IMG/VR virus record: IMGVR_UViG_2816332575_000002
Location: 32,001-96,000 of that record
DNA length: 64,000 nt
Origin: a virus
Lineage: Duplodnaviria; Caudoviricetes
Reading direction: 5' to 3' (one strand)
Shown here: piece after piece, positions 26,021 to 36,297 of the stretch
Numbering within the stretch: position 1 is the stretch's first letter
How the letters are laid out: every line of letters begins with the position of its first letter
Translations under genes and position numbers: made by a program
The notes under the pieces: model-generated
Told to the model about the DNA's origin: nothing
Database searches by the model: none
What the model saw: only the letters and a program-made list of their open reading frames with translations

Positions 26021-29000
26021 ACGCAGCGAACCGAACATCGCTGGACGCCTGCTTGGCGTATCCAGGCTGGAGCACGAGGTCGATGACCTGGAGCGCCAGA
26101 TCAGAGTGCTCGGCCAGAACGTGAGCCGGTTGAACCGGGCCTTCGGTGCACTGCCGACCGGGCTGGGTTCAGGCATGGGGGTCGCCGGGGCTTTTCCCGC
26201 GGCCAACCGGCCGACACCGGCCGGGACGGCACAAGCCACCTCCAATCCCAGCGGCACTGGCACTGCCGTTCAGCAGGCGGCAGCCATCATGCGGCAGCGC
26301 ATGGAGGCGCGGCGAGCCCAGCAGAACGAAGCGGTCACTCGCGCCGCGGAGCAGCGTCGCCAGCAGGAGGAGGAGCGACGCCGGCAACGGGACCAGGCCC
26401 AGCGTGACCGCCAGGAGGCCAATGCCCGTCACGCTGCCGCCGCCGAGGCTCAGCAGCAGGCAATGCGTGAGGCGCAGGAACGGGCACGGCAGGATCGGGA
26501 GCGCGCAGATGCCAGTGCCCGCGCCCGGATCACCGCTCGGCTGGGCGGAGCCGGCGGGGTTCCGCCGCGGCCTACGGTTCCGCCGACCGTAGGAGCGGGC
26601 CAGCCCGGCCGCGGCGGCCGAGTCATTGACGGGGAGCGGCTGGCGTTTGGAGCGGGGCAGCTCGCCAGTCGAGCGGTTTCGTGGGGCGCTGGAAAGGTCC
26701 GGTCGCGCGTCGACCACATGACGGACCAGGCGTACGAGATGGATCGCTACGCCGCGTTCGCCTACAGCTCCTGGGCTGACCCGAAGGCTGGCTACTGGTC
26801 GCAGAAGAATCGTTTCCGCAACGACGCGATGCAGTCCTCTACCGCGCTCTCGACGGAGGACCTGAACACCGGTCTGTTCGAGGTCGACCGGCGACTCGGT
26901 ATGGGCCGCAGCGAGGCTGAGCGAAGGCTGCTGCACCAGCAGGCATCGGGGTACGCGCTGCTCGATCCGACGATGGGTGTCGCTGATTCCGCGCGGATGA
27001 TGACGGCGATGTACACGCCGCAGGCGTCCATGCTCTACCAGGCGATGGGCCTCGGCCCGACCATCGGTGCCGGCGGCAAGCGGATATCACAGGGCCAGCT
27101 CAACCAGAACCTTCTGGACCGGGTTTTCCAGCGCGGCTACCGGCTGAAAAATGTGCTGGCTGCCTCCGAGCAGGGCGGGTCGCTGCGAACCACGCTGGAG
27201 GGGCAGGCCCGGCAGCTCGGCATGGGCCAGGACTGGGTGGAAAACCGGCTGACCCAGATCCAATCCCAGGCCCGGTGGCGCGAGCAGACCGGCGGTTCGG
27301 TCGACGAGTACGAGCGGCTGCTGCGCGATGCCGGCGGCACGGGGGAGAAAGCGGAGCAGGCCCGCGAGAGGCTGCAAAAGGGCGGCCTCGACGTCGACAA
27401 CCTCCTCAATCAGAAGAAGCGCCGGGAGGGCGAGGAGCGCCGTCACGACAGCCAGATGATGGATGCCTTCGCCCCGGCAATGCAGGCCGCCACCGATGTC
27501 GTCATTGATTTCAAAGAGGCGCTGAACGCCATTTTGGAGCTGCCCGGCGTCAAGCACGTTGTCGGCGGCTACCAGGGAGTGGATGCAGGTACCGGGGGAC
27601 GACTGACGGGTGCGCTGAAGGGCGCGGGGGTCGGTGCGCTGACCGGCCTGGCGGCAGGCAGCGTTATCCCCGGCATTGGCAATGGCGTTGGCGCCTTGGC
27701 CGGCGGCATCATCGGCGGTATCGGCGGCCTGATCGGCGGAGGCGCGGCTGGTGGTGGCTCGATCGGTGGGGGAGCGGCCGGAGGTTCGGGCGGCTCGAAG
27801 ACGCGGGCGAACTTGCATCAGGGCAGTGCCAACTCCGCTATCAAGGCGGCGCTGTCCCAGATCGGTGTCGACTACTCGTGGGGCGGCGGCGGGCCGGAAG
27901 GCCCATCCCGTGGCTTTGCGCAGGGCGCGAGAACGGTTGGCTTCGACTGCTCCAGCCTGATGCAGTACGCCTTCAGCAAGGTCGGGGTCCGGCTGGGGCG
28001 TACGACTTACGAGCAGCTGAAGGCGGGAAAGGGCGTAGCGTACAAGGACCGCCGTCCTGGGGACTTGATGTTCCCCAACAGCGGGCATGTGGTGATGTAC
28101 CTCGGCAACGGCAAAATTGTCCACGCGCCGCGCACCGGGCAGAAAATCCGTGTCGACTCGGAAGACCATTTCGGGAAGTACATGGCGGTCCGCCGAGTGG
28201 TCGCCGGCGGAGGGGACACTTTCTCGTCGGACGAGCCGGGATCGACCTCCTCGGAGGCGGGCGCAGGAAACGACAACTCCGCGGCGACCGGAGCCAGTAC
28301 GACCGGCACCATCACCAATGCGTACGGCTCCGTGAACGAGGTGGAGGCGCTGGCTGCCGCTCTTTCCGCAGGAGGCCGGGGAGCGGCCGGGGCAGGCGGA
28401 GGCAGCAAGAAGAGCGGCGAGGATGGCAGGGATGACCCAGCCGGTGCTGATGTGGACACCGGCGGATATTCCTGGGGCGCTATCAACGGCCGTTACACGA
28501 AGGTGCCGGCGCCGCCCGGCTGGGTCAAGGCCGCGATTCAGCGTGGCATGGCGGCGAAGGGCGTCTCGGGTGCTGCCTGGGCGCGGGGCCTGACCACCAT
28601 CGCCTACCGGGAATCGGGCTACCGTCGCGACGCTCGAAACGACTGGGACTCCAATGCCAAGAACGGCGATCCGTCGGTGGGCCTGTTCCAGGTGATCGGC
28701 TCGACGTTTAAGGCGTACCGGGCGAAGTCGCTGCCCAATGACCAAACGGACCCGGCAGCATCGGCGGCTGCCGCTATCGGCTGGATCAAGGCCCGCTACG
28801 GAAGCATCGGCAAGGTCCAGCAGGCTGACCCCAATAAGCCCAGCAAGGGCTATGAGATCGGCGCTTGGGACCTGCCGGAGGATGAGATCACGCAGGTCCA
28901 CAAGGGCGAGATGATCGTGCCCAAGCGGACCGCGCAGACGATCCGCAACGCCCTGATGCAGGAATCCATCCCGGTCAAGTCCACGACGGCCGCAGCCCTG

Positions 29001-29186
29001 GAAGGCCCGAAACGTGCTTCGGCGGCCGGCGGCGGTGGGGGAGTGACGGTTCAGTTCGGGCAGGGTGCCATCAGCATTACTGTTCAGGGCGCGATGAGCA
29101 GCAGCGCTGCCATGCAGGCGGGCCGCCAGATCGTGGACGCTATCGCTGCGGACAAGCGGCTCAAAGAAATCGGAGCGGGGGTCTAA
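26007..29186 (+). CDS. Tape measure-like protein with NlpC/P60 and lytic transglycosylase domains
   Basis: Coiled coils; 'YSWGGG..GFDCSSLMQYAF..GHVVMYLGNG'; 'IAYRESG..N.WDSNA..GLFQVIGSTF'. Confidence 0.88.
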   Translation: MASSERSEPNIAGRLLGVSRLEHEVDDLERQIRVLGQNVSRLNRAFGALPTGLGSGMGVAGAFPAANRPTPAGTAQATSNPSGTGTAVQQAAAIMRQRMEARRAQQNEAVTRAAEQRRQQEEERRRQRDQAQRDRQEANARHAAAAEAQQQAMREAQERARQDRERADASARARITARLGGAGGVPPRPTVPPTVGAGQPGRGGRVIDGERLAFGAGQLASRAVSWGAGKVRSRVDHMTDQAYEMDRYAAFAYSSWADPKAGYWSQKNRFRNDAMQSSTALSTEDLNTGLFEVDRRLGMGRSEAERRLLHQQASGYALLDPTMGVADSARMMTAMYTPQASMLYQAMGLGPTIGAGGKRISQGQLNQNLLDRVFQRGYRLKNVLAASEQGGSLRTTLEGQARQLGMGQDWVENRLTQIQSQARWREQTGGSVDEYERLLRDAGGTGEKAEQARERLQKGGLDVDNLLNQKKRREGEERRHDSQMMDAFAPAMQAATDVVIDFKEALNAILELPGVKHVVGGYQGVDAGTGGRLTGALKGAGVGALTGLAAGSVIPGIGNGVGALAGGIIGGIGGLIGGGAAGGGSIGGGAAGGSGGSKTRANLHQGSANSAIKAALSQIGVDYSWGGGGPEGPSRGFAQGARTVGFDCSSLMQYAFSKVGVRLGRTTYEQLKAGKGVAYKDRRPGDLMFPNSGHVVMYLGNGKIVHAPRTGQKIRVDSEDHFGKYMAVRRVVAGGGDTFSSDEPGSTSSEAGAGNDNSAATGASTTGTITNAYGSVNEVEALAAALSAGGRGAAGAGGGSKKSGEDGRDDPAGADVDTGGYSWGAINGRYTKVPAPPGWVKAAIQRGMAAKGVSGAAWARGLTTIAYRESGYRRDARNDWDSNAKNGDPSVGLFQVIGSTFKAYRAKSLPNDQTDPAASAAAAIGWIKARYGSIGKVQQADPNKPSKGYEIGAWDLPEDEITQVHKGEMIVPKRTAQTIRNALMQESIPVKSTTAAALEGPKRASAAGGGGGVTVQFGQGAISITVQGAMSSSAAMQAGRQIVDAIAADKRLKEIGAGV

Positions 29187-29187
29187 G

Positions 29188-29901
29188 GTGTTTTCGCGTC
29201 TTCACAAGGAGCTGGACGCTAGCCAGCACACTAACGGCCAGATCGACCCAAGGCAGCTTCCGGCCGGCGGCGTCGGCTGGTGGGGCGGCGGGATCGGTAG
29301 CGGCCAGGACGACCACCTCACTTTTCTCCAGGGCTACATCGTCAGCGACACCCGAGGATTGCCGAAGAAGGAGAAGCCGTACTACTTCAAATTCCATTAC
29401 AACCCCTCCACCGTGAGTATGTCGCACGGACTGGATCAGGCGACCATGCAGCCGGCGCAGTGGCAGCGCGCCGAGGCCGACACGGGTACCGCTCTGCTGC
29501 CGATCAACAGCTCGTGCAGCTTCAGCCTGTTCTTCGACCGTACTTACGACATCCTGGCGCGAAAGAGCACGCCGCAGTCCAAGTACGGCGTGATGTACGA
29601 CGTGAACGCCCTGTACAACCTGGTCGGCATCAACTCCACCTCTCGTACGGGCGGATCGACTGGAACCAGTACCGACCCGAACAGTGAGCCGTCCCCTGAC
29701 GCAGCGGAGATTCCCGAGACGGTGACCGGGCCCATGCAGATGAGACCTTGCACCGTGTTTTTCGGCGGCCAGGACAGGGCCCTCTTCTATTACGGATTCA
29801 TCAGCAGCGTCGAGACGCAATGGGTGCACTGGACGCAGGACATGACTACTCAACGCGTCTCGGTCAGCATTACGATGACAGGACTTCCCCAGCCGAAATA
29901 G
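29188..29901 (+). CDS. Tube-initiator (gp48/CIS tube-like) protein
   Basis: 'FKFHYNPSTV', 'FSLFFDRT', 'YYGFISS'. Confidence 0.65.
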   Translation: MFSRLHKELDASQHTNGQIDPRQLPAGGVGWWGGGIGSGQDDHLTFLQGYIVSDTRGLPKKEKPYYFKFHYNPSTVSMSHGLDQATMQPAQWQRAEADTGTALLPINSSCSFSLFFDRTYDILARKSTPQSKYGVMYDVNALYNLVGINSTSRTGGSTGTSTDPNSEPSPDAAEIPETVTGPMQMRPCTVFFGGQDRALFYYGFISSVETQWVHWTQDMTTQRVSVSITMTGLPQPK

Positions 29902-29908
29902 GAGACGC

Positions 29909-30187
29909 ATGATCAGCAGTGGCTCACGCTACGCCGACCACTCGGTGGAAATTGTCACCGACTCTGCGGGAGCCACGCGCCGGGTCCTGATTCCCGCAGC
30001 GCCGAAAACACTGCGCGTGCGCGCTGTTACCTATAGGTGGCAGGAGGGGGATCGCGTGGATACGGTCGCCACCGACTTCTACCGTGACCCCACTCAGTGG
30101 TGGCGCATCGCCGAAGTCAACCCAGAGATTCTGGACTGGACCGAGATAGCGCCCGGCACCGTCATCAGGATTCCCCATGCCGATTAA
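29909..30187 (+). CDS. LysM/tail X-like baseplate protein
   Basis: 'GDRVDTVATDFYRDPTQWWRIAEVNP..PGTVIRIP'. Confidence 0.85.
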   Translation: MISSGSRYADHSVEIVTDSAGATRRVLIPAAPKTLRVRAVTYRWQEGDRVDTVATDFYRDPTQWWRIAEVNPEILDWTEIAPGTVIRIPHAD

Positions 30188-31355
30188 GCAATTCGCGCCG
30201 CACGCCCGCCTCGTCTACCCCGCCGTGCCCACGAGCCGCCACTACATCACCCACGTCGCCATACACCAGGCCGAAGCGGCACACGAAGTCGCCGAGGTCG
30301 CTGTGGCGTTCAGCGTGCCGCGTACGGACAGCGTTCGGTCTTGGGCCATGTCCTATGGTCTTCTGCTGCCTGAGCAAACACCGGTCCACCTGCGTTACGG
30401 CTCAGGGCCACACCAGGAAGCCGACTTCTACGGCTACGTGCACTCCTACCGCGTCACCACGAGCCAGGACGACGCCCGCCTCCAGCGGAACACCGAGGTC
30501 ACCCTCACCTACACCCTGACGGGCGCGACCAGCAGCAGTATGCAGTCCCAGCGCAGCGCCGCCTGGAACCTGTCGAGCATCTCCGGCATTGCCCGCAGCA
30601 TCTGCCGCAGCCACCGAATGGCCTGCGTCACCGAGCGCACGCCGACGAGACTGACCAAGATGCAGGCCAGCCAGTCCGATTTCGCTTTCCTGCGGGACGT
30701 GGCCGCGGAGTACGGGCTGCGACTGGTCGCCGACGGCACCACCGTTTACCTCACCTCCCCGCTGACGACGCTGCGACGAAGCCACGCCATCCCCTCCGCG
30801 CACATGACGAAGCTCCCGGGCCTGCACGACACGATCTACGAATTCGATGCTCTGAACGGGGCACTGGAGCCCGAGGGCGGGCGCCGCACCCGCGTGGAGG
30901 GCTACGCCTACAACCGCAGCACCCGGCACCTGGCGCGTACGGTCGCAGCCCGCACCTCGACCGCGGCGCACCGCACCTACGCCACCGCTCTACCTGCCGG
31001 CTCCCGCAGCGAGGCCGACGAGCGCGTAGGAGCCGCGGCAGCCAGCTCGGCCCTCTGGGTGGCGGCCACCGCCAGCGTGCGCGGCGACGCCCGGCTCAAG
31101 GTCGGCCACGAAATCTGGCTCCAGGGCTCAGGGCTCGGGCCCCACACGGTCGGCACCTGGATGATCCGTACGGCCAGCCACCACATGACCCTGCACCCCA
31201 CTCAGCCCGCACAGAGCACCTACGTCACCGACCTGACCTTGGGCCGCAACCGGCCAGAGGGCCTGGACGCGCACCGCCTGTCTCTGCCCCAGCCTGCCGG
31301 CACCACGCTGTCCGCGCAGCGCTGGTGCGCCCAGCACATCGGAGGCCCTGCATGA
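30177..31355 (+). CDS. Baseplate hub (gpD/gp27-like)
   Basis: 'QSDFAFLRDVAAEYG'; synteny. Confidence 0.75.
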   Translation: MPIKQFAPHARLVYPAVPTSRHYITHVAIHQAEAAHEVAEVAVAFSVPRTDSVRSWAMSYGLLLPEQTPVHLRYGSGPHQEADFYGYVHSYRVTTSQDDARLQRNTEVTLTYTLTGATSSSMQSQRSAAWNLSSISGIARSICRSHRMACVTERTPTRLTKMQASQSDFAFLRDVAAEYGLRLVADGTTVYLTSPLTTLRRSHAIPSAHMTKLPGLHDTIYEFDALNGALEPEGGRRTRVEGYAYNRSTRHLARTVAARTSTAAHRTYATALPAGSRSEADERVGAAAASSALWVAATASVRGDARLKVGHEIWLQGSGLGPHTVGTWMIRTASHHMTLHPTQPAQSTYVTDLTLGRNRPEGLDAHRLSLPQPAGTTLSAQRWCAQHIGGPA

Positions 31356-33481
31356 CCGGCACCTACCAGGCCGTGGTGGCGGGCACCACCGACCCGCAGC
31401 GCCGCGGCCGAGTCCGGCTCCAGGTGCCACAGGTCTCCGGAGGCGCCATGACCCTATGGGCCGAACCCGCGGTGCGCGGTCGCGTCCCGGCCGTGGGCGA
31501 AACGGTGTGGGTGACCTACGAGGGCGGGGACGAGTCCCGGCCGGTCTATCTCGTCGCTGACCCGGCGGTCGTCGAGCGGGACTACGAGCCGATCGAGCCG
31601 CTGGTTTCCGCGCAGCGCGGCGCGCCCCAGTGGGTGACGACACGTACATTCGTGCTCTGGGACGAAGCGGCGTGGCCGTCGATCGAGCTGGTGGTGCCGC
31701 AGTCCGGGGCTTTGTTCGTGTCGGTCTCGGGCAGGGTGTTTCCGGGGCGTACGCAGACGTCGGTTAGTGCGCTGTCCTGGGGCATTTACGACCTGGACAC
31801 CCGCACCTATCTGTACGCGGATGCTGGACGCGTCAGCCTGCAACGGCAGGGCAGCAGGCCCGGGGCGCTGGGTGCGGGCACCGTGGCAGCCACGCGCCGG
31901 CACTTGGTACAGGGGCTGCCGCCGGGCCACCGCGTCAGTGTTCGGCCCGCCTACGCCTACAACGGCATCGACACCGCCGACCTGGAACGGCTGTTCACCG
32001 GCGGCCAGTTGGTGGTCGAACCGGTGCCCGCCTCCTCGATCCGTCCGCTGGCCACCACCCAGTCGCGTCAGCCCAAGTACCTCACGTCAAGTTTCACAGC
32101 ATTCCCCGAGGACGACATGGCGGGCATCCGCGCCGTTGTACCGGCCTCCGGCAAGATGTGGATCACGATCTCCGGGAAGCTCTCGCCGCCGTCTGCGGCA
32201 GCCGGGAACGACATGTGGTACTCGTGGCTCCTGACCGGCAGCAGCAGCTGGAAGGACACCTGGATTCACCGGTACAAGCAGATCGACGTCTCCAACTTTT
32301 TGGCGGTCGGCTCGGCCAGCCGACGCACCCTGGTCACTGGCCTGACGCCAGGTGAGGTCGTGCGGGTCACCCCGGTCTACGGAACGGACAGCAGCACCAA
32401 CGTCACCAGTTTCACCGCGCAGGACGGTCAGCTTGTCGTCGAGCCGGTGGTGGAGGGTGAGGACAGTCAGGTCCAGCACACCCTGCTGTCCTCCACCGTG
32501 CCCCGGTACGCGGCCACCAGCACCTGGACGGATTTCGCACCCTCGGACTGGGCGCCCATCACCACGAAAGTGCCAGCCACCGGCAGTCTGCTGGTCAGCG
32601 TCGGCGCCACGATGTGGAACGAATCCACGGACACGAGCGAAATGCGGCTGGGCTGGTCGGTCAGCGGAGACTACGCCTGGAGCGGCGACGGCCTCCAGCA
32701 GGCCCTGACCATCACCGGCCGCAGCTGGGCGACAGCCGCCACCAAACGATGCCTGCTCGCCGGACTGACACCGGGCTCCACCGTGACCATCACCCCGCGC
32801 TACTGGTGTGATGCCAACGGCACAGGCTCGGCCGGTCAGCAGCTCGCCGTCATCGAAGGGGGCCAGCTCGCGGTCGAGCCGGTCCGGCCAGGTAACCCCG
32901 CGCGTCCCGGCCCTACTGCGCAGCCCACCGCACACATCCGCAGCGCCGCCTCGCCGGCCGTACGCGACGCCCAGAACCCGAGTGACGGTGACCTCTACAT
33001 CCTGGACGACCAGGAGATCGCACAGGTGCGGATCAACGGCAGGTGGATGACGGTGGCTGAGCGCCGCCCCTACATCGTCGTCCAGGCCGACAAATTCGCC
33101 TTGTCGCCGACATCAGATGTTGTCCCCTGGGAGTCGATTCTGGCGCAGACGGACACCGGGCTTTTCGCGCGTCAAGACCCTGTGGGCATTTACACCACCC
33201 GGGACGGGCTGTACGAGGTGAGTGTGAGCTGCCGCTGGGGGGACGCACTGACGAAGAATCGCATCTGGCTCAACGCGGGTGGTACCGAATTCAGGGTCTG
33301 GTCCCTGGAATCGGCGTCCTCGAACGCCCAAGGAGCAAGCGGTACCGTCATGATGTCCCTGAAAGCCGGATCACGCATCGTCCTGGCCATGCGCGCCGGC
33401 CAGACAGGCACTGCCACCCAGATCCGCATGGCCGTCGAATACAAGGGCCCCACGCTGGACGGGAAGTACGACAATGTCTGA
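31352..33481 (+). CDS. Baseplate spike (gpV/gp5 OB-fold) fused to three tandem repeats and a C-terminal beta domain
   Basis: 'DPQRRGRVRLQVP..WA..PAVGETVWVTYEGGD..RPV'; repeats ending 'GQL(V/A)VEPV'. Confidence 0.8.
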   Translation: MTGTYQAVVAGTTDPQRRGRVRLQVPQVSGGAMTLWAEPAVRGRVPAVGETVWVTYEGGDESRPVYLVADPAVVERDYEPIEPLVSAQRGAPQWVTTRTFVLWDEAAWPSIELVVPQSGALFVSVSGRVFPGRTQTSVSALSWGIYDLDTRTYLYADAGRVSLQRQGSRPGALGAGTVAATRRHLVQGLPPGHRVSVRPAYAYNGIDTADLERLFTGGQLVVEPVPASSIRPLATTQSRQPKYLTSSFTAFPEDDMAGIRAVVPASGKMWITISGKLSPPSAAAGNDMWYSWLLTGSSSWKDTWIHRYKQIDVSNFLAVGSASRRTLVTGLTPGEVVRVTPVYGTDSSTNVTSFTAQDGQLVVEPVVEGEDSQVQHTLLSSTVPRYAATSTWTDFAPSDWAPITTKVPATGSLLVSVGATMWNESTDTSEMRLGWSVSGDYAWSGDGLQQALTITGRSWATAATKRCLLAGLTPGSTVTITPRYWCDANGTGSAGQQLAVIEGGQLAVEPVRPGNPARPGPTAQPTAHIRSAASPAVRDAQNPSDGDLYILDDQEIAQVRINGRWMTVAERRPYIVVQADKFALSPTSDVVPWESILAQTDTGLFARQDPVGIYTTRDGLYEVSVSCRWGDALTKNRIWLNAGGTEFRVWSLESASSNAQGASGTVMMSLKAGSRIVLAMRAGQTGTATQIRMAVEYKGPTLDGKYDNV

Positions 33482-33878
33482 GCAGCTCGCCATTCCCTTC
33501 GCCCTGGACGCCTCCGGACGGATCGCCACCGTCACCGACCCTGACCGGCAAACGCAGCAGCGGGTCCGCGCCGTGGTGGCCACCGCCCCGTCCGAGCGCG
33601 TCATGCAGCCCGAATTCGGCACCGACCTGAGGCCCTTCCTGTTCGCGCCGAACGACCCGGTCACGCGGGAAGCGCTGCGCCATGCGGTCCAGGACGCGGT
33701 CGCCCGGTGGGAGCCGGGAGCCGTGGTCACCATGGTGGAGCCGGTCATCGAGGACGAGGCCGAGGGCATCGCCGACGTGCTGGTGGACATCGGCCGCAGC
33801 AACGCACACCCGGAGGCCGCCGCGGCACACCTACAGGAAATCGTCGTACGCCCCGGCGGGCGTGTCGACATCTACTAA
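33474..33878 (+). CDS. Baseplate wedge gp25/GPW-like protein
   Basis: 'ERVMQPEFGTDL', 'RWEP'. Confidence 0.9.
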   Translation: MSEQLAIPFALDASGRIATVTDPDRQTQQRVRAVVATAPSERVMQPEFGTDLRPFLFAPNDPVTREALRHAVQDAVARWEPGAVVTMVEPVIEDEAEGIADVLVDIGRSNAHPEAAAAHLQEIVVRPGGRVDIY

Positions 33879-33944
33879 TACAACGCCCCTGCGCTGACAC
33901 AAAATAGGCATGATCCGAATGCCGACCAGCAGCAGGGAGTTTTC

Positions 33945-35459
33945 GTGGCGGACAGCACCAGCACAGCCATACCTGCTGTCATCGACTACACCGCACGGGA
34001 TTTCACCAGCCTGCGCAAGGCAATGCTCGACCATGCGGCGCAGGTCTTCCCGCAGTGGACCGGCCGCAACACCTCTGATTTCGGTGTAGCGCTGATCGAG
34101 GAAATTGCTTACCTCGGAGACATCCTCTCCTACTACCTCGACACAGCCAGCCGCGAGGCATTCCTGCCGACGGCCACCCGACGAGAGTCGGTGATGGACC
34201 TGGCGCGAATGCTCGGCTACACCCCCGACGTGGCGACGGCTGCCGCCGGCACCGTGGTCCTGGCCACCGAGGCAAGCCAGGCCACGCCCGTCATCGTCCC
34301 AGCGGGCACCAAGATCACCACTGCTTTCATCGAGGCCCTCGACCGGCCCCTGGTCTACGAGACCACCGCCACTGTCACCCTGGCCGCGGCCGGCGGCTCC
34401 GCCAGCATCCCCGTCCTGGAAGGGCGGCGCGCCGGTACCACCCCGCTGCTGATCGCCCGCAACACCCCCCAGGAGCAGGAGATCCTCACCGAGGCTCTCG
34501 GCGCCTCCACCGGACGGCCCGAGCAGCGCCTGGTCCTGGCCGAGAGCCCGGCCCTGCACGAGAGCATCCGGCTGTACGTCTCCACGGCCCAGGACGCGGT
34601 GCCCTGGCGCCAGGTCGACAGCCTGCTGGACTGGGGGCCAAACGACCAGGTCTACGAGGTGCACACCGCGGCCGACGGCCGCACCACCCTGGTCCTGGGC
34701 GACGGCCTGGCTGGCGCCGTCCCCGCAGCAGGCCAAGCCTTGCACGCCGCATACCGCACCGGCGGCGGCACCGTCGGCAACATCAGCGCCGGACAGCTCG
34801 TCGACATCGCCGACGCCCTGCCGGGCGTGTACATCGTCACCAGCAGCGCCATGACCGGCGGCCGGGACGCCGAGGCCCTGGAGTCCATCCGCACCAACGC
34901 TACGAAGGCCCACCGCGCGCAGGACCGGGGCGTCTCCAGACGTGACTACGCCGACCTGGCTCTGGCCGTGCCCGGCATCGCCAAGGCGGTCGCGCTGGCC
35001 ACGCAGACCACCTCCGTCAGTGTTCGCGTCGTCGGCGCCGCCAACGCGACCCCGGCCGCAGAGCTGCTGGACCGAGTGGAGCGCTATCTCCAGCAGCGGG
35101 CCACGGTCGGCGTACGCGTCACCGTCGCCCCCGGCGACCTGGTCCGCGTCAACATGGGCTCGGAATCAGCTCCGATCATCTTGGGCCTGTACCCCAATCA
35201 CCGCGCTGCCGACATCGCGCGTGCGGGCCGGCGCGTGCTCCAGGAACTGCTCTCGGACGCGCGCAGTGGCTTCGGGCAGAAGGTCCCCATTTCCTACGTC
35301 TACCGAATACTCGACTCTCTGCCCGGCGTCGAATACGTGAAGATCCCGCTGTTCGCCAGAGCGGACAGCGTGCAAAGCGGCGCCCAGGACATCCTGTGCC
35401 GGGACTGGGAAATTCCCGTACCCGGTGACATCTACCTCGTCACCGACGGAGGCTACTAA
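33945..35459 (+). CDS. Baseplate J-like protein
   Basis: 'IDYTARDF', 'EAFLPTA', 'GGRDAE', 'DYADLA'. Confidence 0.9.
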   Translation: MADSTSTAIPAVIDYTARDFTSLRKAMLDHAAQVFPQWTGRNTSDFGVALIEEIAYLGDILSYYLDTASREAFLPTATRRESVMDLARMLGYTPDVATAAAGTVVLATEASQATPVIVPAGTKITTAFIEALDRPLVYETTATVTLAAAGGSASIPVLEGRRAGTTPLLIARNTPQEQEILTEALGASTGRPEQRLVLAESPALHESIRLYVSTAQDAVPWRQVDSLLDWGPNDQVYEVHTAADGRTTLVLGDGLAGAVPAAGQALHAAYRTGGGTVGNISAGQLVDIADALPGVYIVTSSAMTGGRDAEALESIRTNATKAHRAQDRGVSRRDYADLALAVPGIAKAVALATQTTSVSVRVVGAANATPAAELLDRVERYLQQRATVGVRVTVAPGDLVRVNMGSESAPIILGLYPNHRAADIARAGRRVLQELLSDARSGFGQKVPISYVYRILDSLPGVEYVKIPLFARADSVQSGAQDILCRDWEIPVPGDIYLVTDGGY

Positions 35460-36284
35460 ATGCCCTCTCACTTCCCGAAGGCCGTTCGCCGGTGGCCCCA
35501 GCACGCCAACCAGCGCGACTACGTGATGGCGGAGCACGTCAACGAGATCCAAGACGAAATCGCCGGTATCAGCGCCACGCTCGGCGTCATGCCCACCGAA
35601 TACCTGGACGCCAGCGGAAAGACTGTCTCCTACACCACCGTCGACTCCCGCCTGGACATCATCCAGCGGGAGCAGGAGCGCCTGAGGTACTACCAGGACG
35701 GCCTGCTCGATGCCGCGAAGACGGGCTGGAATTTGCCGATCTGCTCTCTGCGCAGCTCCGGCACCAGCATTCCGCAGACCGTCAACCAGTCCCAGCCCAA
35801 CCATCCTGTCAACGACTGGCACCCCGTTCTGTTCGACAAGCCCGTCATCGATCCGCTGAACCTGGCGCCGAAGCCCACGCTTTCCTTGGTGTGCCCTCAG
35901 ACCGGCTGGTGGGTGATCTCGTGCCGCACCATGATGTGGGTGCCCGGTCGCGGTCCGAAGACCCAGTCGACCGACCATAAAATGGACACCCGACTGCACA
36001 TTCCCAACGTCTCCACGGATGCGGGCACCGACGGAGACTCCGCACCGCTGGGCACCTATGGCTTTCACCGCAACAACCCCTCCTACAGCGGCGCCTGGTA
36101 CCAGGGCGAGAAACTTGCGGTGGAGGTCCGGCACATGGGCAACAAGCCGGTCACCAACGCTCCGGTCACCGACCCCATCGGCCCGCAGACCGTTTTCACG
36201 TGGATCGGTCTGACCTACATCCGGGCCCTGCCCAAGGACATGGTCACCCGGCCCGACTGGGATGCCGATCCCCTGACCCCCTGA
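35460..36284 (+). CDS. Tail/baseplate-associated protein
   Basis: 'AEHVNEIQDEI' N-terminal motif, synteny. Confidence 0.6.
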   Translation: MPSHFPKAVRRWPQHANQRDYVMAEHVNEIQDEIAGISATLGVMPTEYLDASGKTVSYTTVDSRLDIIQREQERLRYYQDGLLDAAKTGWNLPICSLRSSGTSIPQTVNQSQPNHPVNDWHPVLFDKPVIDPLNLAPKPTLSLVCPQTGWWVISCRTMMWVPGRGPKTQSTDHKMDTRLHIPNVSTDAGTDGDSAPLGTYGFHRNNPSYSGAWYQGEKLAVEVRHMGNKPVTNAPVTDPIGPQTVFTWIGLTYIRALPKDMVTRPDWDADPLTP

Positions 36285-36297
36285 CCGGAGAGACCTG

